A DNA stretch of 63,965 nt, counting the filler, from Thelocarpon superellum (taxonomy: Eukaryota): assembly GCA_026025795.1 (NCBI GenBank). It is 5 parts of 5 records of this genome, joined end to end, with 100 filler letters (N's around TTAATTAATTAA, not from the genome) between each part and the next. Parts side by side here need not be neighbours in the genome. Positions count along the whole stretch, not along the records: positions 27,886 to 41,678 come from JAPEUG010000452.1; positions 41,779 to 55,539 come from JAPEUG010000453.1; 3 more parts are not named here. One strand, 5' to 3'. The translations under genes and the position numbers were made by a program. The notes under the pieces are model-generated. The model ran no database searches. It was not told where the DNA came from and saw nothing but the letters and a program-made list of their open reading frames with translations. Of this stretch, positions 37,420 to 48,619 are shown piece after piece (within the stretch, counting starts at the first letter, position 1; each line of letters opens with the position of its first letter).

Positions 37420-39492
37420 TTACCTCATTTCTCCTGCCAGCCTCACCGCACTTCGAGGGTTTCGCTCCCAGGTCCATAAGGTGACGAGAAAGGCGCCCAC
37501 CGAGATCCCGAGCATGACGCGCAGCTGACTACGGAAGCCAATGGCATAGGCTGTCTTGATCATGTCGATCTTGCGATCCGAGAGGCCCGCGGGAATGGCG
37601 GAAGACTGTAACAGGGACGCGACTTCCGCGGGCGCCAAGAAGTCCGCCAGCTGCCTACGCAGGGTGCGGTTTAGAATGGCGGTACAGATGCCCACGCCGA
37701 TGTTGCCGCCGAGCAGTCGTAGGTAGGACGACGCCCCCATCACCACCGCTACCGCACCGATCAGCACCGTCGTGCTGTTGGGACCTTTCACCACGCCGGG
37801 CATGCTCACCTAGGTCTCGTTCTTCCACCTCCAGTCGCGCCATGTGTAGCGCCACGGTGATGGAGGTGCCGATCCCCGCCCCGAAGATGGCGAGGTACAG
37901 ATACTGTACAGGCTGGGTGCTGAAGACCGTGAGCGAGAGCGAAGACAATAATCCCAAGGCGAGCGTCTGGAGCGCATTGGCCAGGAGGAGGATGTAGCAA
38001 GGCGGGATCCAGATGAACTGTGCGATCAAGCCCGACGTGAGAGCCGAGGTGAGGAGCATGGGTAGCATCCGAATCCCCGCCGTCTGCGCCGTCGTCCCGT
38101 CGACGGTCTGAAAGCGCAAGGGGAGGTTGACGATGGTGGCGATGAACGGGATGCCAATCATCACGATGGATCTATGGAGCTGTTAGCGACGACAGACTCC
38201 CGCGGTCTTTGACGCACAGCAATAGGAAGCCAATCACTCTTCTCGTAAAGAGTCTTGACGGCAAGAGCGCCTCCTTCCGGGAAGATCCTCTCGCTCCAAG
38301 CCGATACTGCCAGAGCATGAAGCCGATGAGCGCCAGGCAGGCCAGGGACAAGCTCATCACGATGCCGGGACTCGTCCATGGATACGTCGTCCCTCCTTCC
38401 TCCAGGGCGAAGAGCACGAGGAAGGAGAAGACCAACGAGAGTGCGGCGCCAGGCCAATCGATCCGCGCTCCGTTCTGTTTCATGTAGTCCCAGGCGCGGT
38501 CACTCGACGGCTGTGTGCCGTGGATCTTGGGAAAGCCGTTGGGCAAGGCAAAAGTGACGATGAGAAAGGCAAGGGCGCCGGTCGGGATACTGTTCGGTGC
38601 AAGATCATCAGCGAGAGAACGTCATAACGACGGAACTCGATTGGGGGCGCAGGAGACGCCTAACTTCATGTAGAAGATCCAACGCCAAGTGGTCTGATCA
38701 ACGATGACACCTCCGAGCACGGGGCCCAGAAAACTGGCGACGGCGAAGACCGAAGCCACGATGCCCAGATACAGGCCATATCTCGCAGGTGGAACCATGT
38801 CGGGCACGATGATGGTCACGTTGGAGTAGAGACCGGATCCGCCGAGCCCTTGGAAGGCTCGAAAGATGATGCTGGTCGTCAAGCATCCCGACATTAGCCG
38901 TCGTGAACACTCCTTTTGACTCCAGCAAGCAGGCACGCGGAAGCTCACAGGCTGGTCATGGTACGTGACGACGCACATCCGATGGACGACGCGATGAAGA
39001 CGATCAGGCTGGTGAGGATCATCGCTTTTCGACCAAAGATATCACTGAACTTGGTGTGGATCAACATGAAGCCTACGAAGTCCTCGCGTCAGCCAATCAT
39101 CGGCTTATTCTCGCCGACGCGTACCGGTATAGGTCAGCAGATAGGCGATGACGATCCAACTGCTCTTCTCAAACTGCCCCAGGTCATTGGAGATGGACAG
39201 GAGGGCGGTAGAGACGATGGTGGTGTCCAAGGCCGACAGGAAGAGCGCCACCCACAATCTGGCGGCACTGCATTCAGCCATGACTGAGTTGTTGCCGCTC
39301 GAGGAATAAGACCAACCCCAACGTGACAATGTTCAGTCGCCAGCGACCCAGGACCACCTTTACCTCGCGCGGAGGCTCCGGCGGCTCGAGGGCAAGCTCG
39401 ATGAAGGACTGGAAGACGGGAGAGTGGGCGTCATGATGGAGACGCTGAAAGGTTGAAGGGGGAGGCTCGTGGAAGAGTTGCTGGCTTTGCAT
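37420..39492 (-). CDS. MFS multidrug efflux transporter, DHA2 (14-TMS) type, multi-exon
   Basis: LFLSALDTTIVSTAL..I..DL..F….WIVIAYLLTY, FSDIFGRK, FRAFQGLGGSG, GPVLGGVI…WRWIFY, IDWPGA, LPLRFQTV, RLLGGNIGV; GT-AG introns. Confidence 0.9.
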
Positions 39493-40196
39493 CGTGACGG
39501 TTTGCTTCTATTGATGGCCACCAGTATTGAGCGGAGACTTCACAGCGAGGTTGAGAATCAGTCGAGAGAAGCAGGTCGAAGGGCGCAAGTACAGCATCCT
39601 AAGGGCGCGATGCGGACCAGAAGACGGTCAACGCAGTGAATTGGCCTGGAGAAGCACCAGCCATCACGCACGATACGCGGTGCACGACCCATGTTCAGGC
39701 TACGGATCCGGTGGTGAAGGTGGTGACACAACCCGCATCTCTTCGTCGGAGGCGGCAACCGACCGCCGAGCAGGAAGGAAAGCGGCAAGGAATGGGTATG
39801 CTGCGACAGCAGTGAGGAACACATCTGAGAGCATCAGGTGACACAAGAGCACGAATTCGAGAGTTGAACCAGGCACATGTGCAAGTTCATGACCGGACAC
39901 CCCATCCCACGCTGTCGCTCGCTGTCAGATGTTCGGGGCCCAATACCGGCACCATTCCCGGACCCGCTGTTCTAGATGGGCCACATTCGAATTCATCTAC
40001 AGACATGCTGAGCTTGGAGAAAAAGAACGGACGACCGAGGCTTCTTCTTCATCGCGTAGGTATGCTTCGCTCCAAATGCTTTCCCAAGACACATCGCCGT
40101 GCTGTTGTCACACGATGTGAGTGGAACTTTGAGGACAGGGACCCTGCGCCTCACTGTAAGGATAGGTAAGTCACAGGGTGACCACGTGACAGCGCA

Positions 40197-40868
40197 TGTG
40201 TTATACCCACTTTATGTAAGTTGTTGTGCAGAAGGAATACAGTTGAAGATAACAGTAGTATTAAGGCTAAGTATTAAAACTCTGCTTGGGTCTCCCCATA
40301 CAAAGTATATGGGAACCCCTGATGCAGCATTTCCCGTTCTACCCTTTGTGATCAGCTGTTGTAGCTGTAGATTATGTCATCCTCCAACAGTAACAGCTCG
40401 CAGAAGAGCTTCCATAGTGAGAATCACTCATCCCATTTAACAATCCATGGATCGTCAGTAGACATGCGTGATCTATGCAGAGTCACAATGTAGGATGTTG
40501 CATGCAACAGGCCAACAAGTCCAAGTGAGAGGCTATGCCAGCCGCAATGCGAAGAGTGAGTGACCTTTCGTGTGAGGCTGGGAGCTCCACACCTCGCCAC
40601 GAGGATAGGAGTGATCATGTGATGGCCATGTGATGGTCACATGATACAGCACATGACCTGGCACACTGTATATAAACCGAGTCCTGCTGCGAGCTAGCAG
40701 GAGCCCCAGTGTTCAACTCGAGTAACACGAGGAGGCTAGTCATAGGTCTATGAGCCCTAGGAGCCACAGAGTCAACTCCATTGACTACGTCTACTGTTTC
40801 CACCTAGCTGTAGGCCTTCGTCGTCACATTTTGTGCTCTCTGGGTGGAAGAGCCCCGGGATCATGACA
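40197..40868. mobile_element. CpG-depleted solo-LTR-like relic (possibly nested pieces)
   Basis: TGT…ACA termini; flanks GCGCA (40192-96) and GCGCG (40869-73), a 4/5 match; AT-richer and CpG-poor; internal TATATAAA near 40668 and decayed CACGTGA-like motifs. Confidence 0.4.
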
Positions 40869-41491
40869 GCGCGAAGTACAAGGACCGTACTGGACGATCT
40901 TCGGCGCGGTAGACGAGCGGCATTTGCGGCTACTGCACGGAGTATTCCCCTGCTTGCACAGCACTATACTGGTACTCGTACACTTTTACTATGTGGACTT
41001 ACCACTAAGTAAGATTGACACTAGTCGTGCTTAAAGGTTCCGGTCGCTTACTTAATCGCGGCAGCTCAAGGTTGCCTTGGAGACGCTGGCAGGCGTGCGA
41101 GGTGCAACGCGGCTCCGCTGTGGGCAAAAGCAGCGGGCCGGGCCATCCGCTTTCGACGTCAATTCTGGGGACACCTCGACCATACGCTCGTAGTCGCTTC
41201 GTCGTCCGGGTGCCTGGTGGTGACAGAGGTTATATTCAACCATCACAGACCACCGTACCACCGTACCATCTTATTCTTTTGAGTCTCTATTCTTATCTTC
41301 CTGCCCTCTTCCATCGGCATCGATCTTGTTGACGTTCCTTCATTCCTTTGTCGCTCGCCTTCCTTGTCCCGACACTTCGCGGCCCATCCATCGATCCGCC
41401 CATTTCGCGTTCAACGCTGCGCATTGCGCACCTCCACGTCATCGGACCATCCTAATCTCGACGGAACGAGCCCACCCACCCCCAAAACATC

Positions 41492-41678
41492 ATGCATCTC
41501 CGCTCCACGCTCGTGCTCGCGCTGCCCTTCTTGGCCAGCCATGCGCACGCAGACAAACAGAATCCCATTGGCGTGTGGTACGAGAAGGTGTCGGAGAAGG
41601 TGTCGGAATATGTGCCGCCGGCCGTCTCCGAGGCCTTCGAGCCCGTCCGGCCCTACCTCGCGCCCGTGGCAAACTACC
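41492..41678 (+). CDS. Secreted/ER protein N-terminus (truncated by contig end)
   Basis: Signal peptide MHLRSTLVLALPFLASHAHA, then DKQNPIGVWYEKVSEKVSEYVPP. Confidence 0.6.
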
Positions 41679-41778
41679 NNNNNNNNNNNNNNNNNNNNNN
41701 NNNNNNNNNNNNNNNNNNNNNNTTAATTAATTAANNNNNNNNNNNNNNNNNNNNNNNNNNNNNNNNNNNNNNNNNNNN
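41679..41778. other. Artificial contig spacer
   Basis: N-run/TTAATTAATTAA/N-run, 100 nt. Confidence 0.98.
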
Positions 41779-42337
41779 TAGCCGCTAGTCATTGGTCGCT
41801 GATGTCTTCTTTGCACTCCACCAAACCCAATGGGGATAGCGCGAGATCCGGTACGGAGGGCGAGGCCGACCTATTGTCTCCGACGGCCCTCGCTGTAGTA
41901 CTCACTATGATCGTTGTACCCACCTGGCGATACTCTACGACGAGCACCTTCAACATGCTAGGAGGCCTCCATCACGTTGTGTTCTACTCAGAAGCCTTTC
42001 CGCAGATCTCTCGTGTGATGCTACATTCACAGTCTCTGCATTTGTAATGATAGCGTAGATGACCAAAGAAATCTCAAAGCCACTCGTAGGCGGGGAAGGG
42101 GCGTGTGATGTTGGATGGTGATAACGGAAGGGGACGAAGATCAACTCGCTATACGCCTGGGCTCTCTCGACAGTCTGATCGTCCAATGGTCAACAGGAGT
42201 GGTATCAATTTGGGGGGTGAGGTGCAAGAGAAGCGCAGATCGACCTGAAGTAGTGTATTAAGAAGTCACGGATCGGGCAAATCGCAAATCATGCTTCGCT
42301 ATGCTGGTGAACAGAAAGAGATGAAAGAGTGATCAAT

Positions 42338-45300
42338 CTAGATGCGGAACGAAGGACCAAATGGCGCCGCGCCCTGGCTGCCCCGGGAGTCGCGCGGATC
42401 GCGAGAATCGTCCGCATGCCCATCCACGGTGCTCTCGTCGTCGTCGTAGAAGCCGCCGGCGCTGAGGTGGCTGCTGGCCGCGTCCTCGTCGTACGAGCCT
42501 CGTCGCATCAGGGGCGGCGTCGTCGGCGCCGGCGCCACGGCTTGTCTCTCCTGGTGCCGGGTCGTGAGAGCCGCGGGCACTCGCTGGGCCCCCTCCGCCC
42601 GGATGGACCGTGCGCCACGCTGCGAGGCGCCGCTGCCGAGGGGGGTCTGCCGCGTCGTGTTGGGCGGCGTCAAGAGGCCGGAGAGAAAGCTCTGCGTCGA
42701 CGGCGACGAGCGTGACGGCGTCTGCATCCCCCGTGACGCCAGATCCGACAGTTTGCCGAGTGACGCATCCCGCCCCCGCTGCCAGCTCCCCCACGCCGCC
42801 GCGAGCGGCAGCTTCGGGGAGGCAAACGAACCCAGGCTGGCAAGCGATGGGAAGGTGCCGCCCGCCATGGCCCGTTCCCGTTCCTGCTGCTCCATCTGTA
42901 GGTTGGCCCGCAGCCGGATCGCTGCCTCCTTGACCGCGTCGCCGTCATAGTCGTCCTGCGAGAGCTGCTGGATGATGTCTTCAAGCTCGCTGACGCGCAC
43001 TCCCAACAATTCCCGCAGCCAGGCGATCTCCGTGTCACGGTCGCGGATCTTGTTCGGCGCGTCGGTGTCGACGGCCGACAGCTCCTGCTCCAGGCTCTCG
43101 ATCCGCCCCTCCCGCGCTTGCAGTTGCTCTTGCAGCACCAGGATAGATTCGCGGAGCGCCTGCGGCGACACTTTCTCCGGCACGTTGGAGCCAGGCGCCA
43201 CCAGCGCCGCGCTCGGCGCGCCCTTGGGCGACGCGCCCTTGACCGCCTGCGCCGCCTGCGCCGCGGCGTGGGCCGCGGTCTTAGCGACCTCAAGCTTCTC
43301 CTCGAGGTGCGTCACCTTGTCTTGGAGGTGCTCGGCCCGCGCGTTGGACAGGCTCAGGCGCTCCAGCAGGTGCGTCTCCGCGCGTTGCTGGTCCTCCCGC
43401 GCGTGGTGCAGATCGCGGTCTCGCTGCGTCTTGAGATCATCCACGTGCCGCTCGTAGGCTTGGCGCTGACTATCCATGGTGCTCTCGTGCACTTTCTGTG
43501 CCTCGCGGACCGCCTCACGCCGCTGCGTCGACGCCTCCTCGAGCGCGCGGTCGGCATGGGCCTTGGTCGACCGTACCTCGGCCTGGCTGAGCTCGAGCTC
43601 GCGTCGCACGTGGACCAGCTCCGCCTCGAGCCGTGCCCGTACCGCGTTGACCTCGTTGTTTGCCGCCTCGATGTCGGCCTCCATGAGCGTGCGCGTGCGC
43701 TGCACCTCGGCCCGGCCGGCGTCGCGGGCTTCGTTGAACTCGCCCTCGTACCGCGCCGCCGTCTGCTGGTGCTCGATGCTTTCCAGCCGCAGCGCCTGCA
43801 CCGTCTCGTTGAGCCGGACGTTGTACGTCTGCACCTGCTCGACCTGTGTGCGCATCTTCATCGCCTCCAGCTCCTGCGCCTCCAGCCGCTCAATCTCGCG
43901 TTCGAGTCGTTCGCGCGTCCGCGCCTCGGCCTCGAGGCGCGCGCTCATCATCTCCTGTCGCACCCGGTGCTCCTCCTCGCGCTTGTGCCATGTCGCTTGC
44001 TTGCGTCCAATCTCGCGCGACGCCGTCGCCATGTCACCCTGGATGCGGTCGAACTTGCCCCGCAGGCCCTCGCGCACCCGCACGCTCTCTTCCATCTGCA
44101 GCTTGATGGCCTCCATCGTCCGTCGCACCTCGCGGTTGCCGGCCTCGATCCGTTCCGACTCGCCGCGATATCGCTCCTCCATCAGGCGCGCTTCACGCAG
44201 ACTGTTTTCGAGCGCCGCGTTCTTGGCCGACAGGTCCGTTGCCTTCTTCTGGAGGTTCTCTTGCGCCCCTTCGAGCAGCGCACTACGCATCTGCGTCTGC
44301 ACGAGGTCTTGGTGTCGCCGCTCATCCAGCGTCCGCAGCTTCTGCTCCTGCTCCTCCATGCTCCGACGCAAGCGCCCGGCCTCCTCCTGCGCCTCCTGGA
44401 GCGCCGTTTGCGTCTCCGCCAGGCGCTGCTCGCTCGCGCCCCGGTGACCCGTTTCGGTCTGAAGCTGCAGGCGCAGTTTGGCATTTTGACTGTGCAGCGC
44501 CGAGATTTGCGCCTTCACCTGCGTAAGCTCCTCCTCGCGGAAGCCATCGCCATCGCGGGTCACGACTGAGGCGTGCTGACCCACCACATCGGTCATGATC
44601 GACCGCACCTCGTCATGCCACGCCTCAGGCAGAACCATCGGGGCCGGGGCCGGGGCCGAGGCCACGGAGGCGGGAGTGCTGGCCTGATGCGCTGCCAGTG
44701 CCTCGAGCACGATCTGCTTGACACGATCGAGCTTGCGCTCCTTGCGCGGCGACCGGGCACGTGACGGGAAGGTGCCGCTGAGCGCCTCGTCATCATCCTC
44801 GTCGTCGGCGTCGCTGTCGACCATATCGACCGATGCGTGGCGCTGACCGCGCCGACTGGGCGAGTGATCCGATGCCAGCACCGATACCGACTCCTGCATC
44901 GTCCGCAACATCATTTCGAGCGGGGCCATGCGTGCTTGCAACAATCTCCCCACGAGGTCGTCGATGTGATGATCAAAGAACCGGCTGCGGCTCGGGACCT
45001 TGCGCTCCTCAGACGGTGACAGGACGTCGTCCCAGTCCGATGCTGGGACATCCTCGGTGGTGTTCAATCGACGCACGGGCGACTCTTGCGCCGTCAGGCG
45101 TGGGCCCACGGGACTTATGCCGCCGACCGGGAGTGGTGAGGGCGGAGTGGGCGCACGACGTCCCTCAGGACTCGGCCCGCCGCTTCGCGGGATGACGGCG
45201 CGTTGATGCCACGTGGGTGGGCTCTGGGCGATCGAGCTTGGTACGCTGGCATGCCACGGGCTGGACGCGCCCCCCCGCGTCTGATCCAGCAGCTCCGGTG

Positions 45301-48300
45301 TCTGACTGATCGCCTCGGACGTTTCGTGCGATGCTTCGGACGCGCTGTCCTCGGCGCGAGTCACGTCCACGGGTTTCAGGGTGGTGGCGGGACTTGGATT
45401 CATAGGCGGTGGGGACGGCACGTCGGCAAAGCGGGATCGTTCGAGCCCGGTCGGCACCCGTGTAGGTAGGGGGGAAGGCACGGTCGAGTCACTGGATGGA
45501 AACTCCGACTCTCCCGTAGCCAACGTCATGTCGGCCCGCGGTGCGGTTGCCACGGGGGGGATGTTCGAGGTCAGGTGGTCGGCAAAGGCGTCGGGAGCGT
45601 GCGGCGTGCTGGCCTCCTCGACCGCATCTAGCTCCGCTGTAAGCACTGACAGCTCCTCCATGTCTTCCGAAGAATCCCCAGCGTCCGTCGACACCGCCAA
45701 CGCGGGCACCATCGTCGCCGGGGACGACTGATGCGGTACCACGTGCGACACCGGAGGTGATATGGGCGCCGCATTCTCTTTACCTCGCGATGCCGGCTCT
45801 TTGATGCGCGCTGACTCCTTGGCGCCCGATTGGCCTTGGCTCGCCTCGGCCAAGGGGTGAGTCGGGACGGCAAATTGCGGCACATCGTCCCCGTCATCGC
45901 CAGCTTGACGCATTCGTTTGTGTCGCGCGTCACCCTGGGTGATGCGACCCGAGTCATCTTCCTGTTCGTCCACCTCTGCCTCCTTCGTCTGCTGGAGGAT
46001 CACCTCATCGGGACGAACGATGGCTCGAGCGTTGGACACCTTGGGAGGCTTCACAATGAAGGACGCATCAAAGATCTTTCCCATCACCTTGCCCGTGTCG
46101 GCATCTGGCTTGGACCCCTCGGCCGGCGTGCCCGCCGCGGGCGCGCTAGCCGCCAGCGGGGTGAAGCTCGGCGCGTCCGGGCGGAAAGACGGAGCAGCCG
46201 AGGAGAAGTTGAAGTCAAAGTCGAAGCTGCTGGTTGGGAAGGTAGGGGCGTTACCGCCGCCTGGCTTGAACTCAGCCGCCTCGACGTTCAGGTTGCTGCT
46301 GAAGGCGCGAGGGTTTGACATGCTCGGCCGGGTGGCGGTCTCCGCTTGCCGCGGCGGGACGAAGAAGGACGGCGCGGGCTGGAAGTGATTGCCCGTGAAA
46401 CTGAAGTGGCCCGGCGTAAAGGAGACCCCAGAACCCGCCTGGAATTCTTTGGCTTGGACATTGAGCTTCGACCCGGTCGCACTAGGCCCCGGAGCGGCGC
46501 CGAGCCGATGCTCAAAGTCTGGCTTGGAAAGCGAATGCGTGCGATTGTGGGGCTGCGGATGATGGAGCACGGGCGGAACGCTGGCGCGTACCGTCCCGCG
46601 CTCGTTTGTCGTGGCGGCCGCTGGTTCGTTGTCGTCGCACCGATCAAGCTCCCTCGTCCGCGCGGCCGGGGAGCGGAGCGGGCGGGACTCCGACGGAGAC
46701 TTGGGCCCGCCCGGCATCAGCGGCCCATCCAAGAACATGTCGCTGGTGTCAAATGGTGAGACGGAACTCGCACGGAAGCCTTCGTCGGCGTCGAGCTGTC
46801 GGTTGATGGAATCTTCAAGATGATATTCCGCTTCCTCGATCTCCTTCTGGAGGCTCTCGCTCAGGTTCTGTCGATGACCGCGCGGAATGGGGGTGATGAT
46901 CTCGGGTTTGGGGGGAGACGCATGGCGCGGCCCCAATTCCATAACGCCTGCCCGGAGCGGAACGGGACCGGGCTGAGTCAGGTGACCCCTCTGGTGCGTC
47001 TGCATCTGCGACCGTCGCGGTGGATCTGCGGCCGTCGCCGGGGGCAGATGAGGGCTCATTTGTCGGGCCGACGGAGAGCCTGTCAACGGGCTCCGATCCT
47101 CGGCACGTGCATCGCCCACGACGGCGGGCGAGCCGCCACGCGACATACTGCCGTGCTCGAGCGTTTGCTGCGGCAACCAGGTGTTGGGTAAGGGCGACAT
47201 GGACGGCGGCGGAAGATGTGACGGCGAGCCGAATCGCCGATCGCCGACGGGAAATGCGATCGACGGCCGGGGTCCGTTCAGAGTCACCCGGGCCGCCTGG
47301 GCGAGGCCTGGCGACGCGATAGATGCCACGTGCGAGCTTGGGTTGGTGGAGTTGCCGGCCATGAAGGGTGAGAATGGTTGGGCGTTCGGGGCCGTGCCAT
47401 TGCTCGCGGCCGACGAGGTTAAGGGCGGGGGCGAAAAGGTGTGTAGAGGATGTTGCGAAGACGCTTGACGGCTCATCGACGGCGTGGGCGAGGGTGCGGC
47501 CGGGGGGGGATCATCGCCGAGGCTCACGCCGAGGGCGCGCAGCTTTTCTTCCTTCAGCTCGTTCACGTACGCCTCCCACTCTGTAGCCACCGTGTCAGCT
47601 TCCTTGGCCGTGACCGCGCGGGGTCGGAGGTCGAGACGTGGCGACGTACCACTTCGATCCGGGATGTTGACCCGGTAGCCCCCGTGCTCATGCTCTTCCG
47701 TCCAATGCTCGACCGTGGGATAGATCAGTCGACTCTGGCCCACCCCCTCGCCGCCATTGGCGACCTCCCGTGCGCCCCAGTATCCGAAGCCGCGGACGTC
47801 AAAGCCCGCGTCCTCCCATCTTTGGAGCCGCTGCACGACTTCGGTGGCGGTCAAGGGTCGCGGGGCGCCTCCGGATACGCCGCGGACGTCATTGGACGGA
47901 ATGGCGATGATGCATGCCTTGTTCTTCCACATGATCTTCTTCTTGGCTCCTTGCGAGGTCGATGAACGTGTAAGAGTCGGTTTCGTCGGAGAGCGGGCAT
48001 CGCTGGCGCGCGGGGACGCCATTATCGCATTTGCATCCGAAGCCTTCTTCACGTGGCTTGGGGTCAGTGGTGTCGGCGACGCGTCGTCCAGGATCGGTGC
48101 TGGTGATCCCTGAGAGCCGCCGGTCCCGGCAGAGGCCGCCGAGACGGCCGTCGCTGGGGGTGGGTCGGCGTATTTGGAGGCGAGCATGGTTGAAGACGGC
48201 GTGGGATTGGCCAGGCGCGTGATGGAAAGCCTTGGCCTGGAGGAACCCGACCTGTGGGGTGAAGAATCCGACCCTGCCTTCGTTCCCAGTGCTCCTCGCG

Positions 48301-48619
48301 ATCGCCCTACCTTGGACGACGAGGTCGATGTGGATGGTGCTGCAGGATGGTCACTGTCGCTCGATAACCACCCACGGTGGTCGTCGTTCACGGGCTGCGT
48401 TGGAGTATCGCCGGCGGAGTCGTCGCTCCACCAGTTGCCTCGTTCTGGGTTGGATCGTCCCGAAAGATATTGGCGGATCCAGTCTTCGGTCGAGGCCCGG
48501 GCGGCACGTTTGCGGACCTTGGTCCGTTCGCCGGTACGCACCGGACGAGTTTGACCGCGATCGGGTTGACTGCGGGCGCGGTGATGAGGAGGACCGAGTC
48601 CGGAGGGTCGTCGTGTCAC
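42338..48619 (-). CDS. Large conserved fungal coiled-coil protein (often labelled myosin heavy chain-like) with PAM2-like motifs; no motor domain
   Basis: 2093-codon ORF with a 69-nt in-frame intron (47581-47649). Conserved-looking blocks KKIMWKNKACIIAIP, W..YVNELKEEKLRALGVS, long heptads, EKVSPQALRESILVLQEQLQ, A.IRLRANLQMEQQE. The true start is uncertain (upstream exon, or Met at 48187). Confidence 0.85.
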   Translation of the reverse strand: MTRRPSGLGPPHHRARSQPDRGQTRPVRTGERTKVRKRAARASTEDWIRQYLSGRSNPERGNWWSDDSAGDTPTQPVNDDHRGWLSSDSDHPAAPSTSTSSSKVGRSRGALGTKAGSDSSPHRSGSSRPRLSITRLANPTPSSTMLASKYADPPPATAVSAASAGTGGSQGSPAPILDDASPTPLTPSHVKKASDANAIMASPRASDARSPTKPTLTRSSTSQGAKKKIMWKNKACIIAIPSNDVRGVSGGAPRPLTATEVVQRLQRWEDAGFDVRGFGYWGAREVANGGEGVGQSRLIYPTVEHWTEEHEHGGYRVNIPDRSGTSPRLDLRPRAVTAKEADTVATEWEAYVNELKEEKLRALGVSLGDDPPPAAPSPTPSMSRQASSQHPLHTFSPPPLTSSAASNGTAPNAQPFSPFMAGNSTNPSSHVASIASPGLAQAARVTLNGPRPSIAFPVGDRRFGSPSHLPPPSMSPLPNTWLPQQTLEHGSMSRGGSPAVVGDARAEDRSPLTGSPSARQMSPHLPPATAADPPRRSQMQTHQRGHLTQPGPVPLRAGVMELGPRHASPPKPEIITPIPRGHRQNLSESLQKEIEEAEYHLEDSINRQLDADEGFRASSVSPFDTSDMFLDGPLMPGGPKSPSESRPLRSPAARTRELDRCDDNEPAAATTNERGTVRASVPPVLHHPQPHNRTHSLSKPDFEHRLGAAPGPSATGSKLNVQAKEFQAGSGVSFTPGHFSFTGNHFQPAPSFFVPPRQAETATRPSMSNPRAFSSNLNVEAAEFKPGGGNAPTFPTSSFDFDFNFSSAAPSFRPDAPSFTPLAASAPAAGTPAEGSKPDADTGKVMGKIFDASFIVKPPKVSNARAIVRPDEVILQQTKEAEVDEQEDDSGRITQGDARHKRMRQAGDDGDDVPQFAVPTHPLAEASQGQSGAKESARIKEPASRGKENAAPISPPVSHVVPHQSSPATMVPALAVSTDAGDSSEDMEELSVLTAELDAVEEASTPHAPDAFADHLTSNIPPVATAPRADMTLATGESEFPSSDSTVPSPLPTRVPTGLERSRFADVPSPPPMNPSPATTLKPVDVTRAEDSASEASHETSEAISQTPELLDQTRGGASSPWHASVPSSIAQSPPTWHQRAVIPRSGGPSPEGRRAPTPPSPLPVGGISPVGPRLTAQESPVRRLNTTEDVPASDWDDVLSPSEERKVPSRSRFFDHHIDDLVGRLLQARMAPLEMMLRTMQESVSVLASDHSPSRRGQRHASVDMVDSDADDEDDDEALSGTFPSRARSPRKERKLDRVKQIVLEALAAHQASTPASVASAPAPAPMVLPEAWHDEVRSIMTDVVGQHASVVTRDGDGFREEELTQVKAQISALHSQNAKLRLQLQTETGHRGASEQRLAETQTALQEAQEEAGRLRRSMEEQEQKLRTLDERRHQDLVQTQMRSALLEGAQENLQKKATDLSAKNAALENSLREARLMEERYRGESERIEAGNREVRRTMEAIKLQMEESVRVREGLRGKFDRIQGDMATASREIGRKQATWHKREEEHRVRQEMMSARLEAEARTRERLEREIERLEAQELEAMKMRTQVEQVQTYNVRLNETVQALRLESIEHQQTAARYEGEFNEARDAGRAEVQRTRTLMEADIEAANNEVNAVRARLEAELVHVRRELELSQAEVRSTKAHADRALEEASTQRREAVREAQKVHESTMDSQRQAYERHVDDLKTQRDRDLHHAREDQQRAETHLLERLSLSNARAEHLQDKVTHLEEKLEVAKTAAHAAAQAAQAVKGASPKGAPSAALVAPGSNVPEKVSPQALRESILVLQEQLQAREGRIESLEQELSAVDTDAPNKIRDRDTEIAWLRELLGVRVSELEDIIQQLSQDDYDGDAVKEAAIRLRANLQMEQQERERAMAGGTFPSLASLGSFASPKLPLAAAWGSWQRGRDASLGKLSDLASRGMQTPSRSSPSTQSFLSGLLTPPNTTRQTPLGSGASQRGARSIRAEGAQRVPAALTTRHQERQAVAPAPTTPPLMRRGSYDEDAASSHLSAGGFYDDDESTVDGHADDSRDPRDSRGSQGAAPFGPSFRI

